DNA of 64,000 bases from Candidatus Calescibacterium sp. (lineage in GTDB: Bacteria; Calescibacteriota; Calescibacteriia; Calescibacteriales; Calescibacteriaceae), in contig JAVVGL010000005.1 in NCBI GenBank assembly GCA_032249135.1, positions 1 to 64,000 on the forward strand, written 5' to 3'. Positions 50,731-61,778 of this stretch are shown in pieces. The stretch's first letter is position 1. Every line of letters begins with the position of its first letter. Both the position numbers and the translations under genes were made by a program. Under the pieces are notes generated by a model that worked only from the letters and a program-made list of their open reading frames with translations, did not search any database and was not told the origin of the DNA.

Positions 50731-50852
50731 AAAACAAATTCTATTCATTTATTCTAATGTGTAAGTTATTCCAAGAAAAATCAAAACAAATCTTTCCTCA
50801 AAAATCCTTGCAAGTATAATCTGATTTTTTTTCGTAAATAAAATTTTGTTCT

Positions 50853-51659
50853 ATGTCAGAGGAAAAAAATGCAGTCTTATTCCAAAAAATAGATGACGGG
50901 AAAATAGTAAAAGTGGTTTTCAACAAACCAGAAAGAAGAAATCTTATGGATCCAGAAATTATGGCAGGTTTGTCTGATGCGATTGAAAGAATCAAAGCAT
51001 CTGATGAGGTAAGATGTGTAATAATTACAGGAAGTGGAAATTCGTTCTGTGCTGGTGCTGATTTTTCAACCTTGCAAATGTTTGCCACAGAAAAAGGTCT
51101 ATCAGGAGCAGCAGGAATGAGAGAAGGTATAATAAAATTTTATAACTCATTTATGAAAATTCTTGAAGTGGAACAACCCGTTATAGCCTCGCTTAATGGA
51201 TACACAATAGGAGGGGGGCTCGCTTTCGCACTCCTTTGTGATATAAGAATTGCATCATCGGACGCAAAAATAGCCGCAAACTTTGCAAAAGTTGGAATAC
51301 ATCCTGGAATGGGAATAACCTATACTTTACCTTTAATAGTTGGACTTGAAAAAGCTTGCGAACTTCTTTTTACAGCAAAATTCATAACAGGAGAAGAGGC
51401 AGAAAAAATAGGACTTGTTGCAAAGGCGGTTCCTCCCGAAAAGCTTGAAGAAGAAACTCTGAATATGGCTCGCCAAATTTCCGAAAACGCTCCGTATGTT
51501 ATAAAACTTACAAAGAGAATACTAAAAAGAGAATTCCATGTGAAGGCTCAAGCTGAGATAGAAGCTCTGGCTCAATCAATATGCTCACAGATGGAAGATG
51601 CAAAAGAAGGAGTGAGAGCTTTCTTTGAAAAAAGAAAACCTGAATTCAAAGGTAGATAA
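50853..51659 (+). CDS. Enoyl-CoA hydratase/isomerase family protein
   Basis: FNKPERRN, FCAGAD, IGGG...ALLCDIRIA, VGIHPG, AFFEKRKPEF. Confidence 0.93.
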   Translation: MSEEKNAVLFQKIDDGKIVKVVFNKPERRNLMDPEIMAGLSDAIERIKASDEVRCVIITGSGNSFCAGADFSTLQMFATEKGLSGAAGMREGIIKFYNSFMKILEVEQPVIASLNGYTIGGGLAFALLCDIRIASSDAKIAANFAKVGIHPGMGITYTLPLIVGLEKACELLFTAKFITGEEAEKIGLVAKAVPPEKLEEETLNMARQISENAPYVIKLTKRILKREFHVKAQAEIEALAQSICSQMEDAKEGVRAFFEKRKPEFKGR

Positions 51660-51675
51660 AAAAAAGAAATAAGTT

Positions 51676-52683
51676 GTGTTTATAAATAAAAAAGATAGCG
51701 AAATCCTTTCTGGAATAATAGGTATCGGTTCGTATTTGCCTCAGAATATTCTGACAAATTATGACCTTGAAAGAATGGTTGATACAACGGATGAATGGAT
51801 ATATTCGAGAACAGGAATAAAGGAAAGAAGAATTGCAGGAGAAAACGAATTTACATCAACTATGGCAGTAAAAGCAGCGGAAAAAGCGATAAAAATGTCC
51901 GGAATCTCACCTCAGAAAATAGATCTCATAGTTTTTTGCACGATAACGCCAGATTATCCTATACCTTGCACTGCTGGGATTTTATCAAAAGAACTCGGAA
52001 TAAAAAACGCGGGGGGAATGGATATAAACACAGCTTGCTCGGGTTTCATATACGGAATATCAATAGCTGATACATTCTTGAAATCCAAAAAAGCAAACTA
52101 TGTTCTTGTTGTATGTTCAGATAAACTTTCGGCAATAACGGATTATCAAGATAGATCAAGTTGCATACTCTTCGGAGACGGAGCGGGAGCAGTAGTTATG
52201 ACAAGAACCGAAAAGTTTGGGCTTTTGGACTTCAAACTCGGACTCATAGGAGATGAATACGATAAAATTGTGATACCAGCAGGGGGTTCCCGCAATCCTG
52301 CATCTGAGAAAACAGTAAAAGAAAGAATGCACTTTATGAAATTGCAGGGGAGGGAAGTATTTAAGCTTGCGGTAAAGTATATGGGGCAAGCTCTCAAAGA
52401 AATTTTGGAAAAAAATGAAATAACAATAGATATGGTAGATTGGATTGTTCCACATCAGGCAAACCGAAGAATAACTGAGGCGATATGTGAACATTTCAAT
52501 ATACCAAAAGAGAAAGTTTATGATAACATAGAATTCGTGGGCAACACATCAGGTGGTTCAATAGCTATCGCTCTTGATGAGATGCTTGAAAAGGGACTTC
52601 TGAAAAAAGGGCAACTTATAGCTCTTGCGGCTTTGGGAGCAGGAATAACTTATGGTTCTGCACTGCTTTCCTGGGGTATATAA
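51676..52683 (+). CDS. fabH: Beta-ketoacyl-ACP synthase III
   Basis: RTGIKERR, ACSGF, LFGDGAGA, VPHQAN, GNTS, GAGITYG. Confidence 0.96.
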   Translation: MFINKKDSEILSGIIGIGSYLPQNILTNYDLERMVDTTDEWIYSRTGIKERRIAGENEFTSTMAVKAAEKAIKMSGISPQKIDLIVFCTITPDYPIPCTAGILSKELGIKNAGGMDINTACSGFIYGISIADTFLKSKKANYVLVVCSDKLSAITDYQDRSSCILFGDGAGAVVMTRTEKFGLLDFKLGLIGDEYDKIVIPAGGSRNPASEKTVKERMHFMKLQGREVFKLAVKYMGQALKEILEKNEITIDMVDWIVPHQANRRITEAICEHFNIPKEKVYDNIEFVGNTSGGSIAIALDEMLEKGLLKKGQLIALAALGAGITYGSALLSWGI

Positions 52684-52845
52684 CCTATAAATTTTCAGGA
52701 AATTCTCAAAAGTCTGTTTCAAATTATTAAATTTTTATTTTATAATTTATTAGAACTTTAAAGATTAGAACTTTAATATTAAAAACTTATAATCTTTAAG
52801 ATTTAAAGCTTTAAGGAAGAACAAAAAAGAAAAGGAGGAACAAAA

Positions 52846-54990
52846 ATGGAGTTCGAAAAAATACAGGAAAAACATACAATAAAACAAAAAGAAAATACAA
52901 AACAGCAGGAACTGAAATTACAGGAAAAGTTTGAACCTAAAAAAGATAAGAAAAAAGAAAGACACCCTTCTCAGGAATATTCAGCAGAACAAATAAAAAT
53001 ACTCAAAGACCTTGAAGCCGTTAGAAAAAGACCTGCAATGTACATAGGTTCCACAGGTCCGCAAGGATTGCATCATCTTGTATGGGAAATTGTAGATAAT
53101 GCGGTTGATGAAGCTCTTGCAGGGTTTTGCAATAAAATAATCGTCAGAATCCTTGAAGATGGCTCCTGTGAAGTTGAAGATAATGGGAGAGGAATCCCAA
53201 TTGACATTCATCCAGAAACAGGAACATCAGCCCTGGAAGTAGTATTTACAAAACTGCACGCAGGAGGAAAATTTGAAAAGGGAGTTTATAAGGTGTCAGG
53301 GGGATTACACGGAGTTGGAGCGTCTGTTGTGAATGCTCTATCAGAGGAGCTTGAGGTTTGGGTAAAAAGGGATGGAAAACTTGCATACCAAAAATTTAGA
53401 AGAGGGAAACCAGTTACTCCAACAAAAATAAAACAGGAAAGTGGTATTGAAGAAACAGGAACACGAGTTAGATTCAAGCCGGACCCTGAAATCTTTGAAA
53501 CAACCGAATTCTCCTACGATATAATAAGAGAAAGGTTGAAAGAAATTTCTTACATAATTCCGGGACTGAAAATAATACTGGAAGATAAGAGAACGGGACA
53601 AAAGGAAACATTTTTCTCAACAGAAGGTCTGTCTGGGCTTGTGAAAGAATTAGCGTCAGAATCTCAGGTGCTATTTAGAAATCCGATTCAAATTGAGGGG
53701 GAAAAAGAAGATGTAAAATTTTCAGCAGCACTTCTTTACAGGGAAGAAAGTGAAGAACTTGTTCTTTCGTTTGCAAATACTATAAGGACAGTGGATGGTG
53801 GAACCCATCTTACTGGTTTCAAAACGGCTTTAAGTAGAGCAATAAACCAATTTGCTCCCAAAATACTGAAAAAAGATATTGTGTTTTCGGGTGAAGATAT
53901 AAGAGAAGGACTTGTCGGAGCAATCTCTGTGTTTTTACCAGATCCACAATTTGAGGGGCAAACCAAAGCAAAACTTGGAAATACGAAGGTAAAAAGTATA
54001 GTTGAATCAGCAGTATATGAGAAACTGGTCAAATTCTTTGAGGAAAATCCCAAAATAATTGAAACAATAGTAAAAAGAGTATTTCAAACTCATCTTGAAA
54101 AAGAAGCAGAGAAAAAAGCAAGAGAAGTTGTAAGGAAAAGGGCAAAAGATGAGATCATTTTACCAGGAAAACTTGCAGATTGTCAGATAAGGGATCCAGA
54201 AAAAACTGAACTCTTTATAGTTGAGGGTGAAAGTGCAGGGGGGAGCGCAAAGCAGGCAAGAGACAGAAGGTTCCAAGCCATACTGCCCCTCAGAGGAAAA
54301 ATCCTGAATGTAGAAAAAGCATCTTTGATAAAAATGTTAAATCATGATGAGATTCAGGCAATAATAGCTGCTTTGGGATGTGGGATAGGAAAAGATTGTT
54401 CTATCGAAAAATTGAGGTATCACAAAATAATATTGCTCGCAGATGCTGATATAGACGGCTCTCACATAAAAACTCTGCTTTTGACTTTCTTCTGGCGATA
54501 TATGAGACCGGTTGTTGAAAATTCTCACCTTTTCATAGCTCAACCTCCTCTTTTTAGAGTAAGAGAGAAAAACCAAGATTTATATCTCAAAGATGATACC
54601 GAGCTGAAAGAATATATTTTAAAAAGGGGATTAACCAGAATTCTTAAAATCAAAGACGATAAAGAAATTTCCGCAGTAGCGAAAGCTCTGCTTAAAGGAA
54701 AATATGATGAGGTCAAAAAATATGGAGATCCAGAAAAACTATTAGAAGAAGCAGAGCAATTGGGAAGAGACGGAATAATAGTTCAAAGGTTCAAAGGGCT
54801 TGGAGAAATGAATCCGCAGCAGCTTTGGGAAACAACTATGAATCCAGCTACACGAGTTCTCAAAAAAGTTACAGTTAATGATGCTCAAAAAGCTGACGAA
54901 CTTTTCACAATTCTTATGGGAGAAAAAGTTGAGCCAAGAAGAGATTTCATCATGAAATACGCTCTTGAAGCTACAACTCTTGATATTTAG
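52846..54990 (+). CDS. gyrB: Type IIA topoisomerase B subunit (DNA gyrase subunit B most likely)
   Basis: VRKRPAMYIG, EIVDNAVDE, DNGRGIP, LHAGGKF, VEGESAGG, PLRGKILN, DADIDG, KGLGEMN, C-terminal LDI. ParE not fully excluded. Confidence 0.9.
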   Translation: MEFEKIQEKHTIKQKENTKQQELKLQEKFEPKKDKKKERHPSQEYSAEQIKILKDLEAVRKRPAMYIGSTGPQGLHHLVWEIVDNAVDEALAGFCNKIIVRILEDGSCEVEDNGRGIPIDIHPETGTSALEVVFTKLHAGGKFEKGVYKVSGGLHGVGASVVNALSEELEVWVKRDGKLAYQKFRRGKPVTPTKIKQESGIEETGTRVRFKPDPEIFETTEFSYDIIRERLKEISYIIPGLKIILEDKRTGQKETFFSTEGLSGLVKELASESQVLFRNPIQIEGEKEDVKFSAALLYREESEELVLSFANTIRTVDGGTHLTGFKTALSRAINQFAPKILKKDIVFSGEDIREGLVGAISVFLPDPQFEGQTKAKLGNTKVKSIVESAVYEKLVKFFEENPKIIETIVKRVFQTHLEKEAEKKAREVVRKRAKDEIILPGKLADCQIRDPEKTELFIVEGESAGGSAKQARDRRFQAILPLRGKILNVEKASLIKMLNHDEIQAIIAALGCGIGKDCSIEKLRYHKIILLADADIDGSHIKTLLLTFFWRYMRPVVENSHLFIAQPPLFRVREKNQDLYLKDDTELKEYILKRGLTRILKIKDDKEISAVAKALLKGKYDEVKKYGDPEKLLEEAEQLGRDGIIVQRFKGLGEMNPQQLWETTMNPATRVLKKVTVNDAQKADELFTILMGEKVEPRRDFIMKYALEATTLDI

Positions 54991-54994
54991 TGGT

Positions 54995-55363
54995 GTGATA
55001 AAGGGAATAGGGATAGATATAGTTAGAATAAGTCGTTTTGAAAAAGTTTACTTTGCCCATGGGGAGAGATTTTTGAAAAGAGTTTTTTCTGATGAAGAAA
55101 TAAAATATATTACGCGCTCGCAAGAGAAATTTTTTGAGAGAATTGCAAGTACATTCTCCGCAAAAGAATCTGTTTTTAAAACAATAGGAATGAGGAGACC
55201 AATAATATTCAAAGAAATAGAAATAATAAGAAAACCTTTCCCATCTGTTTCTCTTTATGGCTTGACAAAAATTGAAGCAGAAAAGAAGGGTATATCTCAA
55301 ATTTTTGTATCAATCACCCATGATGGAGATTTATGTATCTCAATAGCACTTGCAATTGGTTGA
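54995..55363 (+). CDS. acpS: Holo-ACP synthase (start GTG 54995)
   Basis: GIGIDIV...RF, FSAKES.FK, VSITHD. Confidence 0.93.
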   Translation: MIKGIGIDIVRISRFEKVYFAHGERFLKRVFSDEEIKYITRSQEKFFERIASTFSAKESVFKTIGMRRPIIFKEIEIIRKPFPSVSLYGLTKIEAEKKGISQIFVSITHDGDLCISIALAIG

Positions 55364-55516
55364 AATTTTTTATTTCAGCTATCATTAATGAAAACAAGAA
55401 GAAAAAAAATTAGGCGATTGAGTTTTGTTATGCATAAGATGCTCCTTTCGGAAGACTCAAAAATGCAAGTTTGTTTTTTCAAGAGTAGAAATATTGTGTA
55501 AAAGATAAATTTTCTG

Positions 55517-56584
55517 GTGGGAGATAATTTTAAATTTCATATGGAAGAAAAAAGAGAAAGAATAACTCAAGAACTTCCAACAGAAGAATTTAGTACATCA
55601 AGGGGGAGAAAAATTATAAGGTTATCTGTGAACACTTTACCTTTTCTTTACAACAACATCTATGTTGTGTTGGCTGATGATGGTGTTTTTTTGATTGATA
55701 TGGGATTTATGTCAAATTTAGAAAGTTTCAGAGAAAAATTTGAAAAGTATGTATCACAAAAGTATTCCGTAAATTTAGAAGATGTTAAGGGAATTTTTGT
55801 CACGCACGCTCATATAGACCATTTTGGTGGACTTTATAACTTTTTGCAGCTTTATCCAAAAACTGAAATCTATGTTCACGAGATTGATTCAAAAGCTGTT
55901 GAAAGATTTCAAGAAGTTCTAATATATGCAAAACATTATCTCTCTATTTTCTTAATAAGATCGGGACTTGATGAGAAAGCTGTTCAAGATTATATTTTGA
56001 TGTACACGGCTTCAAAGGAATTTTTGAGATCTGTGAAAATAACAAAAGCTTTACGAGATGGAGATTTTCTGTATGGATTTAAAGTTGTTCATACCCCAGG
56101 TCATAGTCCCGGTCACATGTGTCTTATTTTAGACGATGTAATATTTACAGGAGATCATATATTGCCATATATAACTCCTCATCAGTTCCCTGAAAGTATA
56201 ATGAGATACACAGGTGTCGGACATTATATTAACTCACTTGAAAGGGTGAGGGAAGAGGTTATAAAAAATAAGATTTCATTTGGTCTTCCGGCTCACTACT
56301 CAATAATAGAGGATGTTGTAAAGAGAATAGATGAAATAAAAGAGCACCATAATATAAGGTTGAAAAAAATTTTAGATTTGTGTTCCGAACCTAAAACTAT
56401 TTTAGAGCTGACTCGTGAAATTTTCCCAGATGCAAAAAAGTATCAGTTTCTTTTGGCAATTGACGAAGTAGGAGCGCATGTTGAATACCTTTGGGATAGA
56501 GGCTACCTTGGAATTGAGAACATAAAAGAATATCTTGAAAACGATGATGTCCCAGCAAGATGGGTAAAAGTGAGGGATTTGTAA
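55517..56584 (+). CDS. MBL-fold metallo-hydrolase
   Basis: THAHIDHFGG, HTPGHSPGH, GDH, PAH. Confidence 0.92.
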   Translation: MGDNFKFHMEEKRERITQELPTEEFSTSRGRKIIRLSVNTLPFLYNNIYVVLADDGVFLIDMGFMSNLESFREKFEKYVSQKYSVNLEDVKGIFVTHAHIDHFGGLYNFLQLYPKTEIYVHEIDSKAVERFQEVLIYAKHYLSIFLIRSGLDEKAVQDYILMYTASKEFLRSVKITKALRDGDFLYGFKVVHTPGHSPGHMCLILDDVIFTGDHILPYITPHQFPESIMRYTGVGHYINSLERVREEVIKNKISFGLPAHYSIIEDVVKRIDEIKEHHNIRLKKILDLCSEPKTILELTREIFPDAKKYQFLLAIDEVGAHVEYLWDRGYLGIENIKEYLENDDVPARWVKVRDL

Positions 56585-56704
56585 GAAAATAAAAAAATTT
56601 TTAAGAATAAAGAGAAGGAGAGATTTGAGAGGAAATTTGATTTGCATAAATTCAATTTTTCTGTTAAACCTTCAAATCTCCCTGAATGATTTACTAAAAT
56701 TACT

Positions 56705-57658
56705 ATGGAGGTAAGAAATGTTATAATTTTGGGGTCTGGTCCTGCTGGATATACAGCCGGAATATATACTGCAAGAGCTCTCCTGAAACCGCTGATTTTA
56801 GCTGGAATACAACCCGGTGGACAGCTTATGCTGACAACGGAGGTTGAAAATTTCCCTGGCTTCCCTGATGGCATTATGGGACCGGATTTGATGGAGAATA
56901 TGAGAAGACAAGCAGAACGTTTTGGAGCAGAAATCATATATGAGAATGCTGTTGATATTGAGATTGGAAATCCACTTGAGAAAATTCCATTCAAAGTAAA
57001 AACGGATACCGGGAAAGAATTTTTGAGTTGGACTTTAATAATCGCTACTGGTGCAAGCTCAAAAATGCTCGGACTTGAATCTGAAAAAAAGCTTGTGGGG
57101 AGAGGTGTTTCTACATGTGCAACATGTGATGGTGCCTTCTTTAAAAACAAAAGAGTCGTTGTAGTTGGAGGAGGTGATTCAGCTATGGAAGAGGCTCTGT
57201 TCCTTACAAGATTTGCATCTGAGGTGAAAATCATCCACAGAAGAGATAAACTCAGAGCTTCTCCAATAATGCAAGAAAGAGCTTTCAAGAACCCAAAAAT
57301 TTCATTTATTTGGAACAGTGTTGTTGTTGATATTCTTGACCCAGAAAAAGGTAAAGTTGAAGCCGTTGTTTTGAAGAATGTTGTAACTGGGGAAATTTCT
57401 AAGGTAGAGACAGATGGAGTTTTTATTGCGATAGGACACAAACCTAATACTGATTTCCTTAAAGGAAAAATTGAGTTAGATGATCAGGGTTATATAATAA
57501 CGAAAAACGGAACAACAGAAACATCTGTCCCGGGAATTTTTGCAGCAGGCGATGTCCATGATAAAAGATATAGACAAGCCATTACTGCTGCTGGCTCAGG
57601 ATGTATGGCTGCTCTTGATGCTCAAAGATTTCTTGAAAATTTAGGAATTTCTCATTAG
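56705..57658 (+). CDS. trxB: Thioredoxin-disulfide reductase
   Basis: GSGPAGYTA, VENFPGF, CATCDG, GGGDSAMEEA, AAGDV, QAITAAGSG. Confidence 0.97.
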   Translation: MEVRNVIILGSGPAGYTAGIYTARALLKPLILAGIQPGGQLMLTTEVENFPGFPDGIMGPDLMENMRRQAERFGAEIIYENAVDIEIGNPLEKIPFKVKTDTGKEFLSWTLIIATGASSKMLGLESEKKLVGRGVSTCATCDGAFFKNKRVVVVGGGDSAMEEALFLTRFASEVKIIHRRDKLRASPIMQERAFKNPKISFIWNSVVVDILDPEKGKVEAVVLKNVVTGEISKVETDGVFIAIGHKPNTDFLKGKIELDDQGYIITKNGTTETSVPGIFAAGDVHDKRYRQAITAAGSGCMAALDAQRFLENLGISH

Positions 57659-57702
57659 TTAATCTGGGCTTAAACCTAAATTCTCAAAAGCTTAATTTAA
57701 AA

Positions 57703-60435
57703 CTAAAAGCTTATTCTAAAACTTCTTGTAAGGTCATCTAATTTTATCATAATGTAGCTTATGGATTTATTGAGGGAAAAGTTATTTGCAAGCTGGAAAC
57801 TTTCATTTTCAGTTCCACAACCTTGTGATATTTTACCTATGAACAAATTCCCTCCGAATGTTGGATCTTTGAAATAAATATAAAGTAGAGGAATTCTCTG
57901 CTGAATTATACTCTCAAATAGAAATTTTCCTTTGATATATAAGCAATCATTTTCAAGTTTTTTTATTGTGTTGCCATCAAGAGTTTTTTGACCATCGTAT
58001 TCTGCAAACCTTTCCCCTTCAAAACATACATAGCATTTTCCGGTTTTTGGAATTTTGTCGTTTTCATTTGCTAGCTTTCCAAGTTCTCCTTCTATCAAAA
58101 GCGAGGGCAAAGAGATTTTTTGATTGAGTTCAGGTTTTTCCAGTATTTCTTTCATATCCGGAATTATATCTGTTATTATGACTTCTGGTAGGTAAGCTCT
58201 GAGTGGTTTTTTTGCATCAAAAAATCCTCCAATATTGAACGAAATAAAATCTGGAAAGATTTCACCTAAATTCAAGCTTTTTAGGAAATCTGGAATTAGA
58301 ACTCGCATTTCAGCAAAATTTACAGGGTCATTTTTTCTTATTTTTGACGATAGATTTACCAGGAAATCCCTGACTCTTTTGAAGTAATTTTCATCAAAGA
58401 AAGTGGGAATTAGTTCTAAAATATCAAGTAGTCTTGTGTAATTTGTTTGTATTCCTTCTGGTACAGTGTAGAGTTTCCCTGTTGAGAATTTATCTCCCGG
58501 AGAAAATTTACTATCTTCATTTTCATCTTTGACTGAGAAAACATCGTTGTTTTTGGGTTTGAGGAAAATTTCGTCAATAGCCAAAGCTATAAGTTCAAGA
58601 GATTTTATAAGTTCTTGCTTTGCTGAATCAAACTTTTCAGGTCTTATGAAATTGAGGATATTAGAGTTTTCATAGTAGAGTATTCCTGCAAGTCTTAAAA
58701 GTCCTGTTATATCTTCTCCTCCTTTTGCAAGGAAAAGCGGGATAAGATATTTTGAAGTGAGTTCTTTTTGTATATCAAAGTTTATGTCGTGTGAAAAAAT
58801 AAAATCAAGGAAAAATTTTGCGATATGTGATGTTGCCATAACAATCACCGGAAGTTCTTTTCCGAATTTTTTGCCTATTCTCACCTCTGATGTGAAGCTT
58901 TGCATATAGATTGGTATGCCATCTTCTTCATAGAACTCGCAAGAGTTTGAATATAGATATTCTGATAAATTTTGAAGTTCCGCTAATTTTTCTTCTATTG
59001 GCATTATATAGTTTTCATAGAGAAGATTTAGGTTAGGTTTCCACTGATATTGATTTTCAGATTTTTCCAATATATTTTTTTGATAAAGCTTATTATTTTG
59101 ATGATCTTTTTTATCTCTTTCTTCTTCTGCTTTTGCTGATAGTAGATATAGGTGTGGACTGAGAGATATAGATATGTTTGATTGAGAAGAATTTGGAGAT
59201 ACGAGAGATAAAATTCCTGATTCATTAGAAACTATGATTTGACTCAGCATATCAAATGCTTTTGCAAGGAATTTACCATATTCCGTTTCACAACTTTTTG
59301 ACTTTTCACTCTGTTTTGAAAATTCAAGATAAGCTTGTTTGAAAAACCCACGTTTTAAGAAATCACGAGCTTTTTCAAGATGGTTGTAATTATTAGGAGT
59401 ATTCTTTTTGAGCTCGCTTACAACTTTTTCGTCTATAAATCCATATTTTTTGAGGAATTCAAGTAATTTTTCTTTTGTTTTCTTCGTGTATTCTGTTTCG
59501 GGAAAGGAATCAAATGCATGAGCTCCATCTTTTACTACGAAGATTTCAGCTTGTTTTCCTTTTTGAACCAGTAAATGATAGAGTTCAACGGATTGATCAA
59601 GAGGGACGAGAAAATCCGCATCTCCGTGTATTATCAGGACAGGGAAATCTACAAAATCAATATAATTTACGGGTGATAATTTTTTTATAGTTTCCTCTAT
59701 ATTTTCGGATTCAGCTCTTACTGGCTCAAAGTATTTTATATAGGGGTTACCGAAATCATATATTCCATAGAAAGGAATTGCTGCATCTACTTTAAGTTCG
59801 CTTTTTGATTTTTCGTCAAACCATTCGCAGTTTTCAGGTAGGAAATCATTTTTTGAAAATGCTGTGAGAGCTGTGAGGTGTCCGCCTGCGCTTCCTCCCA
59901 AAAGTATTACTTTGCTGCCTATTCCATACTTTTTACCTTCTTTTTTTGCCCACAAGATTGCACATTTTATTTCTTTTACTTGCTCTGAAATTTTAGCTTT
60001 TGGAACTAATGTATATTCAATATCAAACACAGCTATTCCGTTGCATGCAAAAAGCTCTCCCCACCATCTGCCCATCGGGGTTCCTTTGTTTCCGGCTGTC
60101 CATCCTCCGCCGTGAATATGTATTGCAATAGGAAAATTTTTTATGCCATACGGCAAATATAGATCTCCAACTAAATTTGATTTTGAGTTTGAATATTTTA
60201 TATTTCTTATCAGGGAAAATTGTCCTCCCGTATATTCTTTTCCGAGTTCATCAGAGCATGGAAGCAGGTTATCTTCTATAATTTTTATTATTTCTTTTGG
60301 TATTTCACTTTTGTCTTCCCTATTTTTTTCTCCACAAGCCACAAAGAACGAAAAAGTTAATAATAAAGCAAAAGCAGAGAGAATAATTTTGAAAATCAAA
60401 GTTGTAAAATTTTTCTTATAGCTTTTATTTCTCAT
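57703..60435 (-). CDS. Large lipoprotein: N-terminal alpha/beta-hydrolase (HSL-like esterase) fused to an uncharacterised C-terminal region
   Basis: Lipobox FVAC; HGGGW, GGSAGG, HGDAD.LVP, AHAF within the first ~330 aa; ~570 aa unrecognised. Confidence 0.8.
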   Translation of the reverse strand: MRNKSYKKNFTTLIFKIILSAFALLLTFSFFVACGEKNREDKSEIPKEIIKIIEDNLLPCSDELGKEYTGGQFSLIRNIKYSNSKSNLVGDLYLPYGIKNFPIAIHIHGGGWTAGNKGTPMGRWWGELFACNGIAVFDIEYTLVPKAKISEQVKEIKCAILWAKKEGKKYGIGSKVILLGGSAGGHLTALTAFSKNDFLPENCEWFDEKSKSELKVDAAIPFYGIYDFGNPYIKYFEPVRAESENIEETIKKLSPVNYIDFVDFPVLIIHGDADFLVPLDQSVELYHLLVQKGKQAEIFVVKDGAHAFDSFPETEYTKKTKEKLLEFLKKYGFIDEKVVSELKKNTPNNYNHLEKARDFLKRGFFKQAYLEFSKQSEKSKSCETEYGKFLAKAFDMLSQIIVSNESGILSLVSPNSSQSNISISLSPHLYLLSAKAEEERDKKDHQNNKLYQKNILEKSENQYQWKPNLNLLYENYIMPIEEKLAELQNLSEYLYSNSCEFYEEDGIPIYMQSFTSEVRIGKKFGKELPVIVMATSHIAKFFLDFIFSHDINFDIQKELTSKYLIPLFLAKGGEDITGLLRLAGILYYENSNILNFIRPEKFDSAKQELIKSLELIALAIDEIFLKPKNNDVFSVKDENEDSKFSPGDKFSTGKLYTVPEGIQTNYTRLLDILELIPTFFDENYFKRVRDFLVNLSSKIRKNDPVNFAEMRVLIPDFLKSLNLGEIFPDFISFNIGGFFDAKKPLRAYLPEVIITDIIPDMKEILEKPELNQKISLPSLLIEGELGKLANENDKIPKTGKCYVCFEGERFAEYDGQKTLDGNTIKKLENDCLYIKGKFLFESIIQQRIPLLYIYFKDPTFGGNLFIGKISQGCGTENESFQLANNFSLNKSISYIMIKLDDLTRSFRISF

Positions 60436-61778
60436 GTCTTAAATTTAAGCACAATATAAATTATTGCAAGAGAAATATATATAATTGTAGTTATAAAAAT
60501 TGAAATTTTTTCTATTTTTGATTCTTTGAGAGTTTCTGATAGTTTTGGAAGAAAATAAGATTGAGTTATTATAACCATAATGCAAATTGCTCCCATTCCA
60601 AAAAATCCTACCACTGCTGTGAAAACAATAAGTTCCCCAGGGGGAGCAATCGGTAAAGTGATGCATGTTATTACGGTTATTGCTGTTATAAGAATTTTGT
60701 AAGCCTTATTTTCGTCTTTTATAATTTTTTCATTTACAAACTTGATGATATCAATGTTTGTTCGTGCAACGGCGTCGGCAGTAGATATCCATGTATCAAC
60801 CAAAAATAAAGCGGAAGCAAACAAAAAAATTCTTCTTCCGAGTTCTCCGCCCCATTCTGCAAAGAACTCTGCTTGAACAACCGCAATTTTATATTCCGTA
60901 GGAAAAAGACCTTTTGGATTAAGTATTGCAAATGCCAGAAGTGTTGTCATAATTGTTGTTATTAAGTTCCCTACAACTCCAACCGATGAATCAAGCAATA
61001 GAGCTTTCTTCCAGATTGATATTTTATTTTTGGGTGTATCTTTTGAAGGTATGAAACCGGAGATGAATTTATTTTGGGTTAGCTTTGCCATTCCCATTCC
61101 TTTCCCTAAAATCCAGTATGAGTAAAAGAGCGACCAGAATCCGCCAAGCCCCATAAAAGTTATAGCTGTTATAACTTTCTCGTAGTCTTCTTTTTCTATG
61201 ACTTTAAGGTTTGGCTTGAGGAAACTTGCGAAAAAATCGGGTATTTTTTCCAGAACCGTTCTATAAGAGCAAGATATAACAAGTCCCACGAATGTTCCTA
61301 TTGCCACAAACATCATAATTTTTTCTATCACATCATATACTTTTTTTGATTTCATAAGTACTATATACATTCCTAAAATAAGCAAGTATCCCCAGAGTAT
61401 TGATTCGGCTTTCCTTGATATTCCAAAAGGTATGAGTTCAGATAAAGCTGTTCCTCCTGCAACCACAAATGAACCGAACCAAAAGAACGAAAAGTTCATC
61501 ATAATCCAGAGAAAAATTGAAAAATACTTGTTTGCTCTCAAAAATCCTCTCCATATACTCTCACCTGTAAGCAGTGAATACCTTCCGATGTAATAAGTTA
61601 GTGGGAGTTGCACGAGAGCGGAGGGGATGAGTAAAAACAAAAGAGCCCCTCCGTATTTTGCAGCAAGATATGGCCACCATATAAGTTCTCCCGAACCTTG
61701 GGCAAGTGCAAGCCATATTATCCCTGGACCTAAAATTTTTAAAAACCCCGGAAATTCCGGAATTTTTTCTTCTTTCAT
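60432..61778 (-). CDS. Nramp-like divalent metal transporter family protein
   Basis: LGPGI.W..LA.GSGEL..WP..A.KYG, GRY...TGES, YSYW...KG.GM, about 11 TM segments. Confidence 0.8.
   Translation of the reverse strand: MKEEKIPEFPGFLKILGPGIIWLALAQGSGELIWWPYLAAKYGGALLFLLIPSALVQLPLTYYIGRYSLLTGESIWRGFLRANKYFSIFLWIMMNFSFFWFGSFVVAGGTALSELIPFGISRKAESILWGYLLILGMYIVLMKSKKVYDVIEKIMMFVAIGTFVGLVISCSYRTVLEKIPDFFASFLKPNLKVIEKEDYEKVITAITFMGLGGFWSLFYSYWILGKGMGMAKLTQNKFISGFIPSKDTPKNKISIWKKALLLDSSVGVVGNLITTIMTTLLAFAILNPKGLFPTEYKIAVVQAEFFAEWGGELGRRIFLFASALFLVDTWISTADAVARTNIDIIKFVNEKIIKDENKAYKILITAITVITCITLPIAPPGELIVFTAVVGFFGMGAICIMVIITQSYFLPKLSETLKESKIEKISIFITTIIYISLAIIYIVLKFKT

Noticed and set aside
55419-55460. 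Possible hairpin gagtttt...gaagactc upstream of the MBL hydrolase
   Set aside because: Short, AU/GU-rich stem with a weak interior and no recognisable motif; plausible by chance.
56503-57441. 312-aa minus-strand ORF and other long antisense ORFs (for example 1856..2371, 7682..8260, 42390..42842)
   Set aside because: Shadow frames of well-supported genes (trxB, RHS, ligA, murA) with Ser/Ile/Phe-rich antisense composition and no motifs.
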